Of a stretch of 64,000 nucleotides of DNA, positions 51,181-62,871 are shown piece after piece. Numbering within the stretch: the first letter of the stretch is position 1; each line of letters starts with the position of its first letter. The position numbers and the translations under genes are program-made. Source of the DNA: Eledone cirrhosa (taxonomy: Eukaryota); assembly GCA_964016885.1 (NCBI GenBank), contig OZ024743.1:322772001-322836000 (forward strand), given 5' to 3'. Below the pieces are notes generated by a model. It was not told where the DNA came from, made no database searches, and saw nothing but the letters and a program-made list of their open reading frames with translations.

Positions 51181-52169
51181 AATTAACACAACTGACATTT
51201 TATATGACAATTCAAAGTAGTTGTGTCAAAACTTGACAGCCTCTGTAGTACTGGTGCCACAATAAAAAGCACTTGGTAGACTGTGGGAAAGTATGTACTC
51301 TCAGGTCACAAATAATTGCCTCCCTCTGCTCATTAGATTTCGCTAATCTAACTTCTGTGAAATTTTTCTTTATTCATTAAAAAACATTACACATGACAAA
51401 AAAAGAACTTTACAAGAAATCCCAAACATTGTAAACTAAACGACTAATTTTGTTTTTTTTTAAAATCAACAGAGACAAGCTAGAAAAATTACCAATCCAC
51501 CCCCTCCTTCTGCACTTATTTGGGACCCAGGAGGAAGCAAAGAATGTGGGTGCCCAGCCTGTCTAGATCCACTTCAGTACTGGCTGTGAAAACTTCTCTA
51601 ACCCTTTCTAGAAAGGAAAGCAGATGATGATGACAATGATGATGAATCAATCAATTTACTGGTTTTGTTTTGTCTCAACTTCAAAAGCATTCCACCTCTG
51701 ACCATCCCGTTTTATTTATTTATTTTTTATTTTTTATTTTTTCAAATACAGTGTACCTTGGACTACGTTTATCTAATGGATCCTTCCTTAATTTTAACGA
51801 GAGTATGCTGTAATTTGTGGGGAACTTTCACTACTAATTCTAGCAGGCTTGGGTTTACAGTTAAAAAGACAAAAAGAAAACGTTTTGTGTTATCTTTGTC
51901 CATAAGTTTACACTCTATTGATTCTAAGACTTTCTTAAAAGATATATATTCCATAATGACATTTCTCTTATTCCTAAAAGTCTGTTAAGAAGTGAAATAG
52001 CTTTTCTTGTTTTATTTCTTCCAAACAGGAAAGTCACTACAGATCTTTTATGTCTTTTGCTGAACAATTGTTATATTCCAAATATATTGATATTTCTTTA
52101 TGACATTTTGATTTTTGTTTTATTGTCTAAGCTGTTGTTATATAATTTATTCTTATTGTTGTTATTGTT

Positions 52170-52640
52170 TCTTCTTCTTCTTCTTCTTCTTCTTCTTCTT
52201 CTTCTTCTTCTTCTTCTTCTTCTTCTTCTTCTTCTTCTTCTTCTTCTTCTTCTTCTTCTTCTTCTTCTTCTTCTTCTTCTTCTTCTTCCTGAAAGGGTTG
52301 TGGTGGAAGGGTTTACACACACTCCTTCCAGCAGAAGTAAACATCTCCAACTGATCCGGCTGAATCCCCAAGCAAGACCAGCCGAGCTGATGGATGTTAA
52401 CGATGTCGGTTGGCTTTGCCCATAAGATCTGTCTAGTGATTCTTTCCTGAGGCATTCTAACCACATGCTCATAGTATTGGAGCTGTGATCTCTCAATTTG
52501 GAGAAGTAGCAGCTCTACCTGAAACAACTCTCTGCACCAGCTCCTGCAATGTACTTTATTCAGCCTCCTGCCTACCATCACTTGTGAACGCAGTCCCGAT
52601 ATACTTGAACTACTCCACCTGCTTCAGTGGAGCTCCATTC
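52170..52640 (-). mobile_element. Expander/Rex3-like RTE 3' fragment with an expanded (GAA)~39 tail
   Basis: QVELLLLQIERSQLQYYEHVVRMPQERITRQILWAKP; (CTT)n at 52170-52288. Confidence 0.85.
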
Positions 52641-52794
52641 ACATGTGCAGTGCACTGCACAGGCTTCCTTGTTGTCTTTGTTATTATTACTATTCTTTAT
52701 GTCAGCAATCTAATTAAGTTATTCATTAGAAAGTCTTAACTCTATTCTTTAAACACAGCTTCATGAAACACATTTTACCTCAAACTGTTTACAA

Positions 52795-53447
52795 AGAGTT
52801 GTTCAACATGTGGCAATAGAGGAAAACAATGAGTTGTTAGACATGTGGCAATAGAGGGAAACATTGAGTTGTTAAACATGTAGCAATAAAAGAAAACAAG
52901 TTGTTAGACATGTTGTAATAGAAAGAAATAATGAGTTATAAGACATGCAGCAATAGAGGGAAACAATGAGTTGTTAGACATGTGGTAATAGAGGGAAACA
53001 ATGAGTTTTTAGACATGCAGCAATAGAGGGAAACAATGAGTTGTTAGACATGTGGTAATAGAGGGAAACAATGAGTTGTTAGACATGTGGCAATAGAGGG
53101 AAACAATGAGTTGTTAGACATGTGGTAATAGAGGGAAACAATGAGTTGTTAGACATGTGGTAATAGAGGGAAACAATGAGTTGTTAGACATGTGGCAATA
53201 GAGGGAAACAATGAGTTGTTAGACATGTGGTAATAGAGGGAAACAATGAGTTGTTAGGCATGTGGTAATAGAGGGAAACAATGAGTTGTTAGACATGTGG
53301 CAATAGAGGGAAACAATGAGTTGTTAGACATGTGGTAATAGAGGGAAACAATGAGTTGTTAGACATGTGGTAATAGAGGGAAACAATGAGTTGTTAGACA
53401 TGTGGTAATAGAGGGAAACAATGAGTTGTTAGACATGTGGCAATAGA
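52795..53447. repeat. 35-bp minisatellite (AGACATGTGGTAATAGAGGGAAACAATGAGTTGTT)n
   Basis: About 18 units, degenerate at the left edge and homogeneous at the right. Confidence 0.97.
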
Positions 53448-54468
53448 AAATATCCCTAGATCAATTATTTCCAAACCTATTCATGTCATGGCACTGTTAT
53501 TGTGGAAGCTATGCCTATATTTTAGAGACAATCCGCATCACATTAATTTTACAATTAAATGGACATTAAATGAAACAGAAAGTGTTTTACAGAGAGAATT
53601 TGTTCATATAAAGTTTTAAAAAAACAATGCATTTTTATTAGATTTCAATAAAAGCCACTTTATCTTGTTGAGCCACAGAAGTCTTTTATGGAATTCTAGA
53701 GTATCTTCAAATCCCACTTCAGAAAATATTGCTCTAGACAAAGGAAAGTCATGAATAACAGAAATACCTTCATATACACAATTCTGTCTGTGGCTAAAAT
53801 AATAGGTCATTACTTGAAAAATATCAGATGGTACTGACCATCATCATCTTCATCATCATCATCCTTTAACGTTCATTTTCCATACTAGCAAGGATTGGAC
53901 AAGCCATCACAGACCAAGTCAGTATTCAAGCAAAACTACTGATCTCTCAAACAACCTGAGGGCCGACATCTCAGATATGTTTCCACACTCTGTCAAGTGC
54001 TTAGATGTGTCAGGGACTGCATATCGTTTAAATATATTCCTGTACTCTACAAAGTTCATTTTATCATAGCACCAGCTTTAGGGAGATTGTCAAGTCTTTG
54101 ACACAGCTAAAGTGTCCTCCTGACCCATTATTTGGGAGGTTTTCTATGATTGGATGCCGTTTCTATCCCCAAGCGCTTTACAGAATGTACTGGGTACGTT
54201 TATCATGTAGATTATCAACACTAAGGATGTTGTCATGTTTTTGACATAGCTAAAGTGTCTTCATGTTCTGTAAAATAATACAACTTTATAAACAGAAGAG
54301 GTTTTTGTTGGAGTGCTGTCTAATTTTGGTTTTTCTTCCCCCCAAACGATCCACATACAAGACTTTAGTCACTTCATCATCTTGTTGTACAGAAACATAC
54401 ATATTTCAAAACTGATTCATGCTTAAACAGACCAACACAAACCTACTAATTCTAGTGACGTTCCTTAA

Positions 54469-54675
54469 CCCATTAGAATTAAACCAGCCTTTTCCGACCA
54501 GAATTGTCTCACCGCTTTCTGTTCAAACCAGTCGTAGCTGGCTACTCATAATGATGTTAAGGTATTGTTCTCAAAATAAATAATATCACAATTTCATAGA
54601 TTCAATATTATGTGAGATAAAGCCTTTACTGTGAAAATACAATAGTAAATATAGAGTAATGTAAATGCTAAAGGG
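54469..54675. mobile_element. piggyBac-type MITE P1 (reverse orientation)
   Basis: TTAA|cccattag ... ctaaaggg|TTAA. Confidence 0.85.
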
Positions 54676-55552
54676 TTAAAATATATTTTCTTAGTTTATG
54701 ATACAATTTTTGCTCTTAGGAATTCTTAAAGTAATTAGAATTATGACAGTGAGAATATACATTCTTGTGATCAGTAGGATTAGTAACTAATGCTGACTGA
54801 CTTGTTGTTTTGTATACTATCTGTTTGTCATTGCTTATGGTATTTAGGAACCTGATTAGTCAGTAGCTTTCCTAGAAAGTTCAACAGTTCATATTTCATC
54901 TCTACAGCTGTACACCCTTTCAGCTGTACACCCTTTCAAGACACAATACGCCCTTTCTTTCATTACATTTAACAGTAACTCAGCATCACAGGTTCAGTGC
55001 ATCTAACAGTAGCTCAGAATCACAGTTCCACTACATTTTACTATAGTTCAGTATTACCAGTCCCCTACATCTAAAAGTAGCTAGATGTCAAAGGGACTTG
55101 CAGCTGAAGAATGTTGTAAATTATTTTTTTATGCTAGACACAAGGCCAGTTTTATAGGAGAGAGATTATAGTCAATGGAATGCATCAAAGTAAAGTACCA
55201 ACACGAGTTTAGTTAATGTATAGTTAATTTGGTGAGATTTGACATTCATATCAAAGGGAGATAAGATAAACTACATAAGGCATTTAGCATATCATTTTAC
55301 CATTCTGGCAGGCAACACTCACAAATGCTAGCATTAAAGCTAACTAGAGACATGACCTGAAGAAGTATTCTCCTAAACATGATAGATGTAAAATGTATGT
55401 ATGTATCAAATATATATATATATATAGTAATAATAATAAATTTGAAGACTAAAATCCAAAGAGGGCTCGATATATATATATTTGTGAGTCCCAGGTTCAA
55501 TAGGAGGTAACCACAGTAAGTAAGGTACTCAATGCATTAGAAGAGTGTAAAC

Positions 55553-55680
55553 AACAAATTTAATAGGGAAATGGCTTCTACAGAACTAGAACTGTTTCAT
55601 TTGAAGGAAATCATTAAGATGATTTCCTTTGAATGAAACAGTTCTAGTCCTGTAGGAGCCATTTCTATATTAAATTTGTT
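55553..55680. repeat. Near-perfect 128-bp hairpin
   Basis: aacaaatttaata..gaaatggcttctacagaactagaactgtttcatt.gaaggaaatcat-taag-atgatttccttt.aatgaaacagttctagtcctgtaggagccatttc.tattaaatttgtt. Confidence 0.92.
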
Positions 55681-55889
55681 ATTTCTATATATACATAAAC
55701 ATAAATAGAGTCTGCAGTGCTGAGACCGAGGAGAGCACTAATCATGTGAGTATTTGATACGTGGGGAGATGTTGAGTGGGTATAGAGATGTGTAAAATCC
55801 TGACCACAGTGCCAAACAGTTTCAGCTCACAAGCTGAAACCACTTAACGCCACAGTCGAGATTTTACTCACTCTCTTTATATATATATA

Positions 55890-56332
55890 TAAGACCTGGG
55901 ATGAGGTGATAAAAGCGGACCTTGCCCAATTTCACCTCTCAACAGTGATGACACAAGACCATGACCTCTGGCGTCATGTAGTAATACAGAAGACCTGACT
56001 TCCCATGGGAACAAGCTGAAGCCAAAGCATATAGACAATATGACCCCATCCCTCCCACTGCAAAGTGGTCGTGGAGGTGTCAACAAAAAAGCACCCAGAC
56101 CACACTGTAAAATGGTCATGTAGGCGCCACGGAAAAAAAAATGCACCCAGCACTCACTGTGAATGAGGTTGGTGTTAGGAAGGACATCCAGCTGTAGAAA
56201 TCAAGCCAAAATCAGTTCCTGTATGAGCAAGACAAGGTCATCCGACCTAACATTGCCCACAACAGGACAACCCGTCTAACCCATGCTAGCGTAGAAGAAT
56301 GGACCTAAAAAGGGTGATGATGATGATGATGA

Positions 56333-56336
<4 letters not shown>
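55890..56336 (+). mobile_element. RTE family B, 3' fragment in (TA)n
   Basis: Matches 38808-39243. Confidence 0.9.
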
Positions 56337-56373
<37 letters not shown>

Positions 56374-57289
56374 ACAAACAAATCTTAATATACGATTGAT
56401 ACAACTAGAACAATCAATATCTAACATATTTGTTTTTCACTTTGATATATTTCTATTTTATTAGTATGTAATTATGTGACATCTGAAACCCACCAAATAT
56501 CTTCCTTCATGTATACTTTCTTGGATATATACAAACAGTCTTATTATTTACAGAAATAAATTATTTTTACAAGTACAACATGACATAGGTAGCTTTTAAA
56601 ACGATCTATAAAACATGAGGTTCAAAGGGGGAAAACCAGAAACACGTGTCTGTGTTTGTTTGCGTAGGTGTATTTTAAAAGGTAAATGTTGCTGTTATTG
56701 TTGTTTAGCCCAAAGTCAGCCCTGATCAAGAAAATATATAATCAAAGGTATTCCAACCTCTTTGTATAACCAGAACGTCTTTATTCAAGGTTTCTTGTTT
56801 TTAAGACAGTAGGGTTTGATTTGTGGAAGATTTGACTGATAATTCTGTTGGTTCAAAGGTAAAGGTATTTTGCCAGGTAAACTGCTTAAACAAAGTAAAT
56901 TGTACATGGAGATGCAGCAGTCTGGATCGACAAAAGATTAGGTTACTGACTGAATGGTTAATGATTTATCTCTGTTTTGGGTGGTACTTGGGGGCTTTTA
57001 GCAGAGTAAACTCTGTTGCAAGAATTCGGTCTAGGTTTCTAGTTCGAGAAAACTTCCTTCCTCCTTCTAACCAGTCTTGGAGACCCTAAAAAAAATAAAG
57101 GCTTATAGGTGCTAATCTTCCCTTTTTGACTAAATGGCAAATATATATATATATATATAAATGTACCCGATACAGTCCTTCAGCAGAAGAGAGAATGAGA
57201 AATAAAAGAAAAAATAGAAAGATAGAGAATAAGAAGAGGAAGAAACGGAAAAAGATTTTTGGACAAAAAGCATATGTGTATACAGTATA

Positions 57290-57655
57290 TATATACAGAA
57301 GGGCTGTCAGTAAAGTGAGGTTAGGTAATGGATTTAGTCAGGAATTTAATGTGCAGGTGAGTGTTCATCAAGGCTCAATGTTCAGCCCACTCCTGTATTT
57401 TATAGTTCTCCAGGCTGTAATAGAGAAGTTTAACATTAACTGTCCATGGTAACGTATATTTGCAGATAAAAACCTCAAAATATACCTAGCAAAGACAAAA
57501 GTTTTACCATGTAGGAAAGTGGACAAGACTGATTTCATTAGGGAAGTGATCATGCTTGATATGTAGAAAAGGAGTAGATTGGAACTCTATACCATATACA
57601 CAATGTAAGGTATGTGTTTGCAAGAAGTGTAGTGGGATTACAGGCAGGCTAAATT
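57290..57655 (+). mobile_element. Decayed RTE RT/PHD fragment
   Basis: YRRAVSKVRLGNGFSQEFNVQVSVHQGSMFSPLLYFIVLQA; remnant CLICRKGV..NSI..TQCKVCVCKKCSGI. Confidence 0.8.
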
Positions 57656-57662
57656 GTATTAA

Positions 57663-57817
57663 TCCTTTAGTATTTAAACCGGCCATATCCGGCCAGAATT
57701 CTCTCACCTCTTTCAATTCAAACCAGCTGTAACTGTCTGCTCATACTGATGTTAAGGTATTTTTCTCAAAATAATATCAAAATCTCATAGGATAAAAGTA
57801 ATGTAAATGCTAAAGGG
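57663..57817. mobile_element. piggyBac-type MITE P1, internally deleted
   Basis: TTAA|tcctttagtattta ... taaatgctaaaggg|TTAA. Confidence 0.8.
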
Positions 57818-58706
57818 TTAAACTATGTTGATATATTAAACAGCTAGAATTAAAAACTATTGTTAGGATATGTCATGGAAAGATTTACAATTTATTCATT
57901 TTTAACAGGTGTAACAAACAAACCAGCTGTCACCAGTAAATCTATTGAAACAGTGTCTTGAGACATATTAATTTGTTGAGATGGACAAGAGAATGACAGA
58001 AAGAAAGGTAAAAAAAGAAAGAAAAGAAAAAGGAAAGACAAAAAAGTAAAGAAAAGTGAAAGAAAGAAAGAACTTGTATACTGTTTCCCTTTGTTATTAT
58101 TTTGGTGTGAATCCAAAATATGCAAGTCAGAAAAGTAAAGATAATGACCAGTATATAATTTATGTAATTACAGTTTTATATAAACAATTGTTTAAAAAGT
58201 TATTTTATTACATATGAAGAGAAATGATATGGTTTATGTGAGGAATAGGAAGAGGAATGGTGTTGTTTATGTCAGGAATATGAAGAGATGTGTGGTTTAT
58301 GTCAGGAATATGAAGAGGAATGATGTGGTTTATGTCAGCCATTGTCTGTGACAAGATAAAAATGATTGCTCGAAGAGGTCAGAATTTTCTTTTTCTATTC
58401 GTTTTTTTTTTTTTTTGTGATAAAGTTTAATCTATTGTCTGTGGGCTTTAGATGTTTAAACTATATTATTTCCCCTCACCTCACTCCTCACTCCCCCTTA
58501 ATCTCATCCTCCACCACCACCACTACCATTAGCTCTAGTTTTATATACAAAAAAACATTCACAGTACATAAATGTCATTTGTTTTTGTTATTAAAAATTT
58601 GACCTTTCACATATTGTTTTTAAATATTATAACTTGTACAAAACCCATTCCAGAGCATGGATATCTTCGATTATTGGTGATATCATTATTATCTGTGTAG
58701 GGATAA

Positions 58707-58898
58707 GGGCGGTGGATTGGCAGTATCGGTAGAGGGTCGGGCGTCATGCTTTGAAGCATAGAGTTACCTCCCTTTATGATCTGAGTTCAAATCCTGCCGA
58801 GGTTAACTTTGCCTTTCATCCTTACGGGGTCGATAAAATAAAGTACCAGTAATGCAATGGGTAATTGCTGGCCTTGTGCCAAAAGTAGAAACAATTAT
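58707..58898 (+). mobile_element. SINE family S2, full length
   Basis: 19-bp TSD attattatctgtgtaggga (58685-58703 / 58894-58912). Confidence 0.93.
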
Positions 58899-58900
58899 TA

Positions 58901-61075
58901 TCTGTGTAGGGAGGAGAGGTGCAACACCATCTGTGTAGAGAAGAGAGCAACAATTACAACACCATCTGTGTAGAGAAGAGAGCAACAATTACAACACCAT
59001 CTGTGTAGAGAAGAGAGCAACAATTACAACACCATCTGTGTAGAGAAGAGAGCAACAATTACAACACCATCTGTGTAGAAAGGAGAGCAACAATTACATC
59101 ATCATCTGTGTAGAGAAGAGAGCAACAATTACATCATCATCTGTGTAGGAAGGAGAGCAACAATTACATCATCATCTGTGTAGGGAGGAGAGCAACAATT
59201 ACAACACCATCTGTGTAGGAAGGAGAGCAACAATTACATCATCATCTGTGTAGGAAGGAGAGCAACAATTACAACATCATCTGTGTAGGGAGGAGAGCAA
59301 CAATTACAACATCATCTGTGTAGAGAAGAGAGCAACAATTACAACACCATCTGTGTAGGGAGGAGAGCAACAATTACATCACCATCTGTGTAGGAAGGAG
59401 AGCAACAATTACAACACCATCTGTGTAGGGAGGAGAGCAACAATTACATCACCATCTGTGTAGAGAAGAGAGCAACAATTACATCATCATCTGTGTAGGA
59501 AGGAGAGCAACAATTACAACACCATCTGTGTAGGAAGGAGAGCAACAATTACAACACCATCTGTGTAGGGAGGAGAGCAACAATTACAACACCATCTGTG
59601 TAGGAAGGAGAGCAACAATTACATCACCATCTGTGTAGAGAAGAGAGCAACAATTACATCACCATCTGTGTAGGAAGGAGAGCAACAATTACATCATCAT
59701 CTGTGTAGAGAAGAGAGCAACAATTACATCACCATCTGTGTAGGAAGGAGAGCAACAATTACATCATCATCTGTGTAGAGAAGAGAGCAACAATTACATC
59801 ACCATCTGTGTAAAGAAGAGAGCAACAATTACATCACCATCTGTGTAGGAAGGAGAGCAACAATTACAACACCATCTGTGTAGAGAAGAGAGCAACAATT
59901 ACATCACCATCTGTGTAGGAAGGAGAGCAACAATTACATCATCATCTGTGTAGAGAAGAGAGCAACAATTACATCATCATCTGTGTAGGGAGGAGAGCAA
60001 CAATTACAACACCATCTGTGTAGGGAGGAGAGCAACAATTACATCATCATCTGTGTAGAGAAGAGAGCAGCAATTACAACACCATCTGTGTAGGGAGGAG
60101 AGCAACAATTACATCACCATCTGTGTAGGGAGGAGAGCAACAATTACATCATCATCTGTGTAGGGAGGAGAGCAACAATTACATCATCATCTGTGTAGGG
60201 AGGAGAGCAGCAATTACAACACCATCTGTGTAGGGAGGAGAGCAACAATTACATCATCATCTGTGTAGGGAGGAGAGCAACAATTACATCATCATCTGTG
60301 TAGGGAGGAGAGCAACAATTACATCATCATCTGTGTAGGGAGGAGAGCAACAATTACATCATCATCTGTGTAGGGAGGAGAGCAGCAATTACAACACCAT
60401 CTGTGTAGGGAGGAGAGCAACAATTACATCATCATCTGTGTAGGGAGGAGAGCAACAATTACATCATCATCTGTGTAGGGAGGAGAGCAACAATTACATC
60501 ATCATCTGTGTAGGGAGGAGAGCAACAATTACATCATCATCTGTGTAGGGAGGAGAGCAACAATTACATCACCATCTGTGTAGGAAGGAGAGCAACAATT
60601 ACATCACCATCTGTGTAGGGAGGAGAGCAACAATTACATCATCATCTGTGTAGGGAGGAGAGCAACAATTACATCACCATCTGTGTAGGGAGGAGAGCAA
60701 CAATTACATCATCATCTGTGTAGGGAGGAGAGCAACAATTACATCACCATCTGTGTAGGGAGGAGAGCAACAATTACATCATCATCTGTGTAGGGAGGAG
60801 AGCAACAATTACATCACCATCTGTGTAGGGAGGAGAGCAACAATTACATCATCATCTGTGTAGGGAGGAGAGCAACAATTACATCACCATCTGTGTAGGG
60901 AGGAGAGCAACAATTACATCATCATCTGTGTAGGGAGGAGAGCAACAATTACATCACCATCTGTGTAGGGAGGAGAGCAACAATTACATCATCATCTGTG
61001 TAGGGAGGAGAGCAACAATTACATCATCATCTGTGTAGGGAGGAGAGCAACAATTACATCATCATCTGTGTAAAG
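58901..61075. repeat. 35-bp minisatellite (ACATCATCATCTGTGTAGGGAGGAGAGCAACAATT)n, about 62 units
   Basis: Read directly; polarised variants and a 70-bp dimeric higher-order stretch at ~60600-61020. Confidence 0.98.
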
Positions 61076-61269
61076 AGCAGAGCAGCAATGACAATGACAA
61101 CTTTCATCACCAATATCATTATTAGTAACAACAACACCTTCACTCCATTGTGTCACCACCAAGGTGATGTTGGAATCCAGAGCCAATAAGTCAACCTCTA
61201 TGTGATGGCTAGAGATACCTGCTAGAGACAGCAGTCAAATCTCTCTCAAATCACATCATATTGTCTTAA

Positions 61270-61498
61270 CCCTTTAGTTACTAACCTGGCCAAAACCAGT
61301 TCTGGATTTAGGAAATAAAACCACCCATTTTCAAAGTTTTCAATTTAAATTAAAATCTTTCAACATAACTTTATATAAAAACCTTACATTAAGTTACTAT
61401 CTTACTAATGAAATAATTAATAAGTTTAGTAAATCCTTCAAAATTAATTAATTAATTAAAATGGAGTGTAATTCATTTGAAATACCGTCATGAAAGGG
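61270..61498. mobile_element. piggyBac-type MITE (family P2) nested in another interspersed repeat
   Basis: TTAA|ccctttagttac ... tcatgaaaggg|TTAA; related ends near 7853 and 34910. Confidence 0.75.
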
Positions 61499-61916
61499 TT
61501 AAAAAGAGAATGATATATTGTATAATGTTGTCTAAGATACACAACCTAGAAACAAGATGGGTTGGTCACAGCTGTAATACGTTTTATTATAGGTCTGTTC
61601 AGTTAGAACTGATCTAGGGTCAAACAACAACAAACGCTATCACTGACAATATATCTATCCCCACAATTCACAACACTCCTCCAATACAATACCACTAGTA
61701 TAGAGACATAACTAGGGTGTGGCCAGTAGAGCACAAGCCCTGGGCATCAATTTTAAATGAAAGCAACATGTTATGATTTCAATTTTAATTTTTTAATTAA
61801 AGTCCACTGTTTTGGAAATGTACTGGTCCTATAACTTTATATATTGTGATCTATCCATTGGTTTAGACTCACACAAGCACCACCCCCACACACATATATA
61901 TATAAATATATATATG

Positions 61917-62299
61917 TGGAGGCACATGGCTTAGTGGTTAGAGTATTGGCCTTGCAATCAAAAGGTTGTGAGTTCAATTCTCAGACCGGGTGATGTGTTG
62001 TTTCCTTGAGCAAGATACTTTATTTCACATTGTTCCAGTTTACTGAGCTGTAGAAATAGATGATAGGGACCCCAGTCCCTATCATTCCACTGCAAAGTGG
62101 TCGTGGAGGTGCCACGGCAAAGAATCACCCAGCACACACTGTATAGTGGACGTGTAGGCGCCACGGAAAAAAAAGCACCCAGCACTCACTGTAAATGAGG
62201 TTGGTGTTAGGAAGGGCATCCAGCTGTAGAAATCAAGCCAGAATCAGTTCCCGTCCCACCCTTGCAAGCAGAGAAAAGCGGACGTAAAATGATGATGAT
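61917..62299 (+). mobile_element. SINE family S1, full length with two RTE-B modules
   Basis: tRNA boxes, CORE-like block, 62087-62250 matching the RTE-B 3' UTR, then the RTE-A tail. Confidence 0.93.
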
Positions 62300-62871
62300 A
62301 TATATATATGTACACACATGGACTTGGAATTTTAAAATATCATGTCTAAAATATAAAGGTATAATGTATGAATCAAAACCCAAAGGTTGGGCAGGTCATC
62401 ACAGACAAAGTCAGTACTTAATCAGAGCTGTTGACCTCTCAGATATCTTCCTGCATTCTACAGAGTGCGCCATACAGAGTGTACCAGGTGCACCAATATT
62501 AGGAAGGTTGTCAAGTTTTTGTCACAACTGAAGTGTCATCATCACAGTGGTTTTTTTTTGTTTAAAATATTTAAAGATTTTATTTTGTTTTTGTATTTTG
62601 TGTTTGCATGACGAGACTCCTTCCAAATATCAGTTAAGGATTGCTCTTTCAGCAAAAACAATTTCTAAACTCTATGCAATAGGTAAGTTGCTGTGTTTTC
62701 TTATTCTAGAATATGATTTTGCTTTAAAACAAATGTTCAATTAAAAATTATATAACCAGTTTTATTTCCCAACTAAAACTGGAGAATGAAGTATCTTTGC
62801 TTCTATGTGTGTTTGTAAATATATTTGTTTGTTGGTTGAATTTTCTTTTGAACAGCATGAATTGGAATTAA

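Noticed and set aside
52057-52581. Poly-L/R/K/F ORFs
   Set aside because: Arise from the (CTT)n tail of an RTE fragment.
58901-61075. CRISPR-like 35-bp periodic array (also 52795-53447)
   Set aside because: Units are contiguous with no unique spacers, there are no cas genes, and the context is eukaryotic; these are minisatellites.
61917-61995. tRNA gene
   Set aside because: A and B boxes are present but continue into a SINE body and no complete cloverleaf could be built; the same applies to the other SINE heads.
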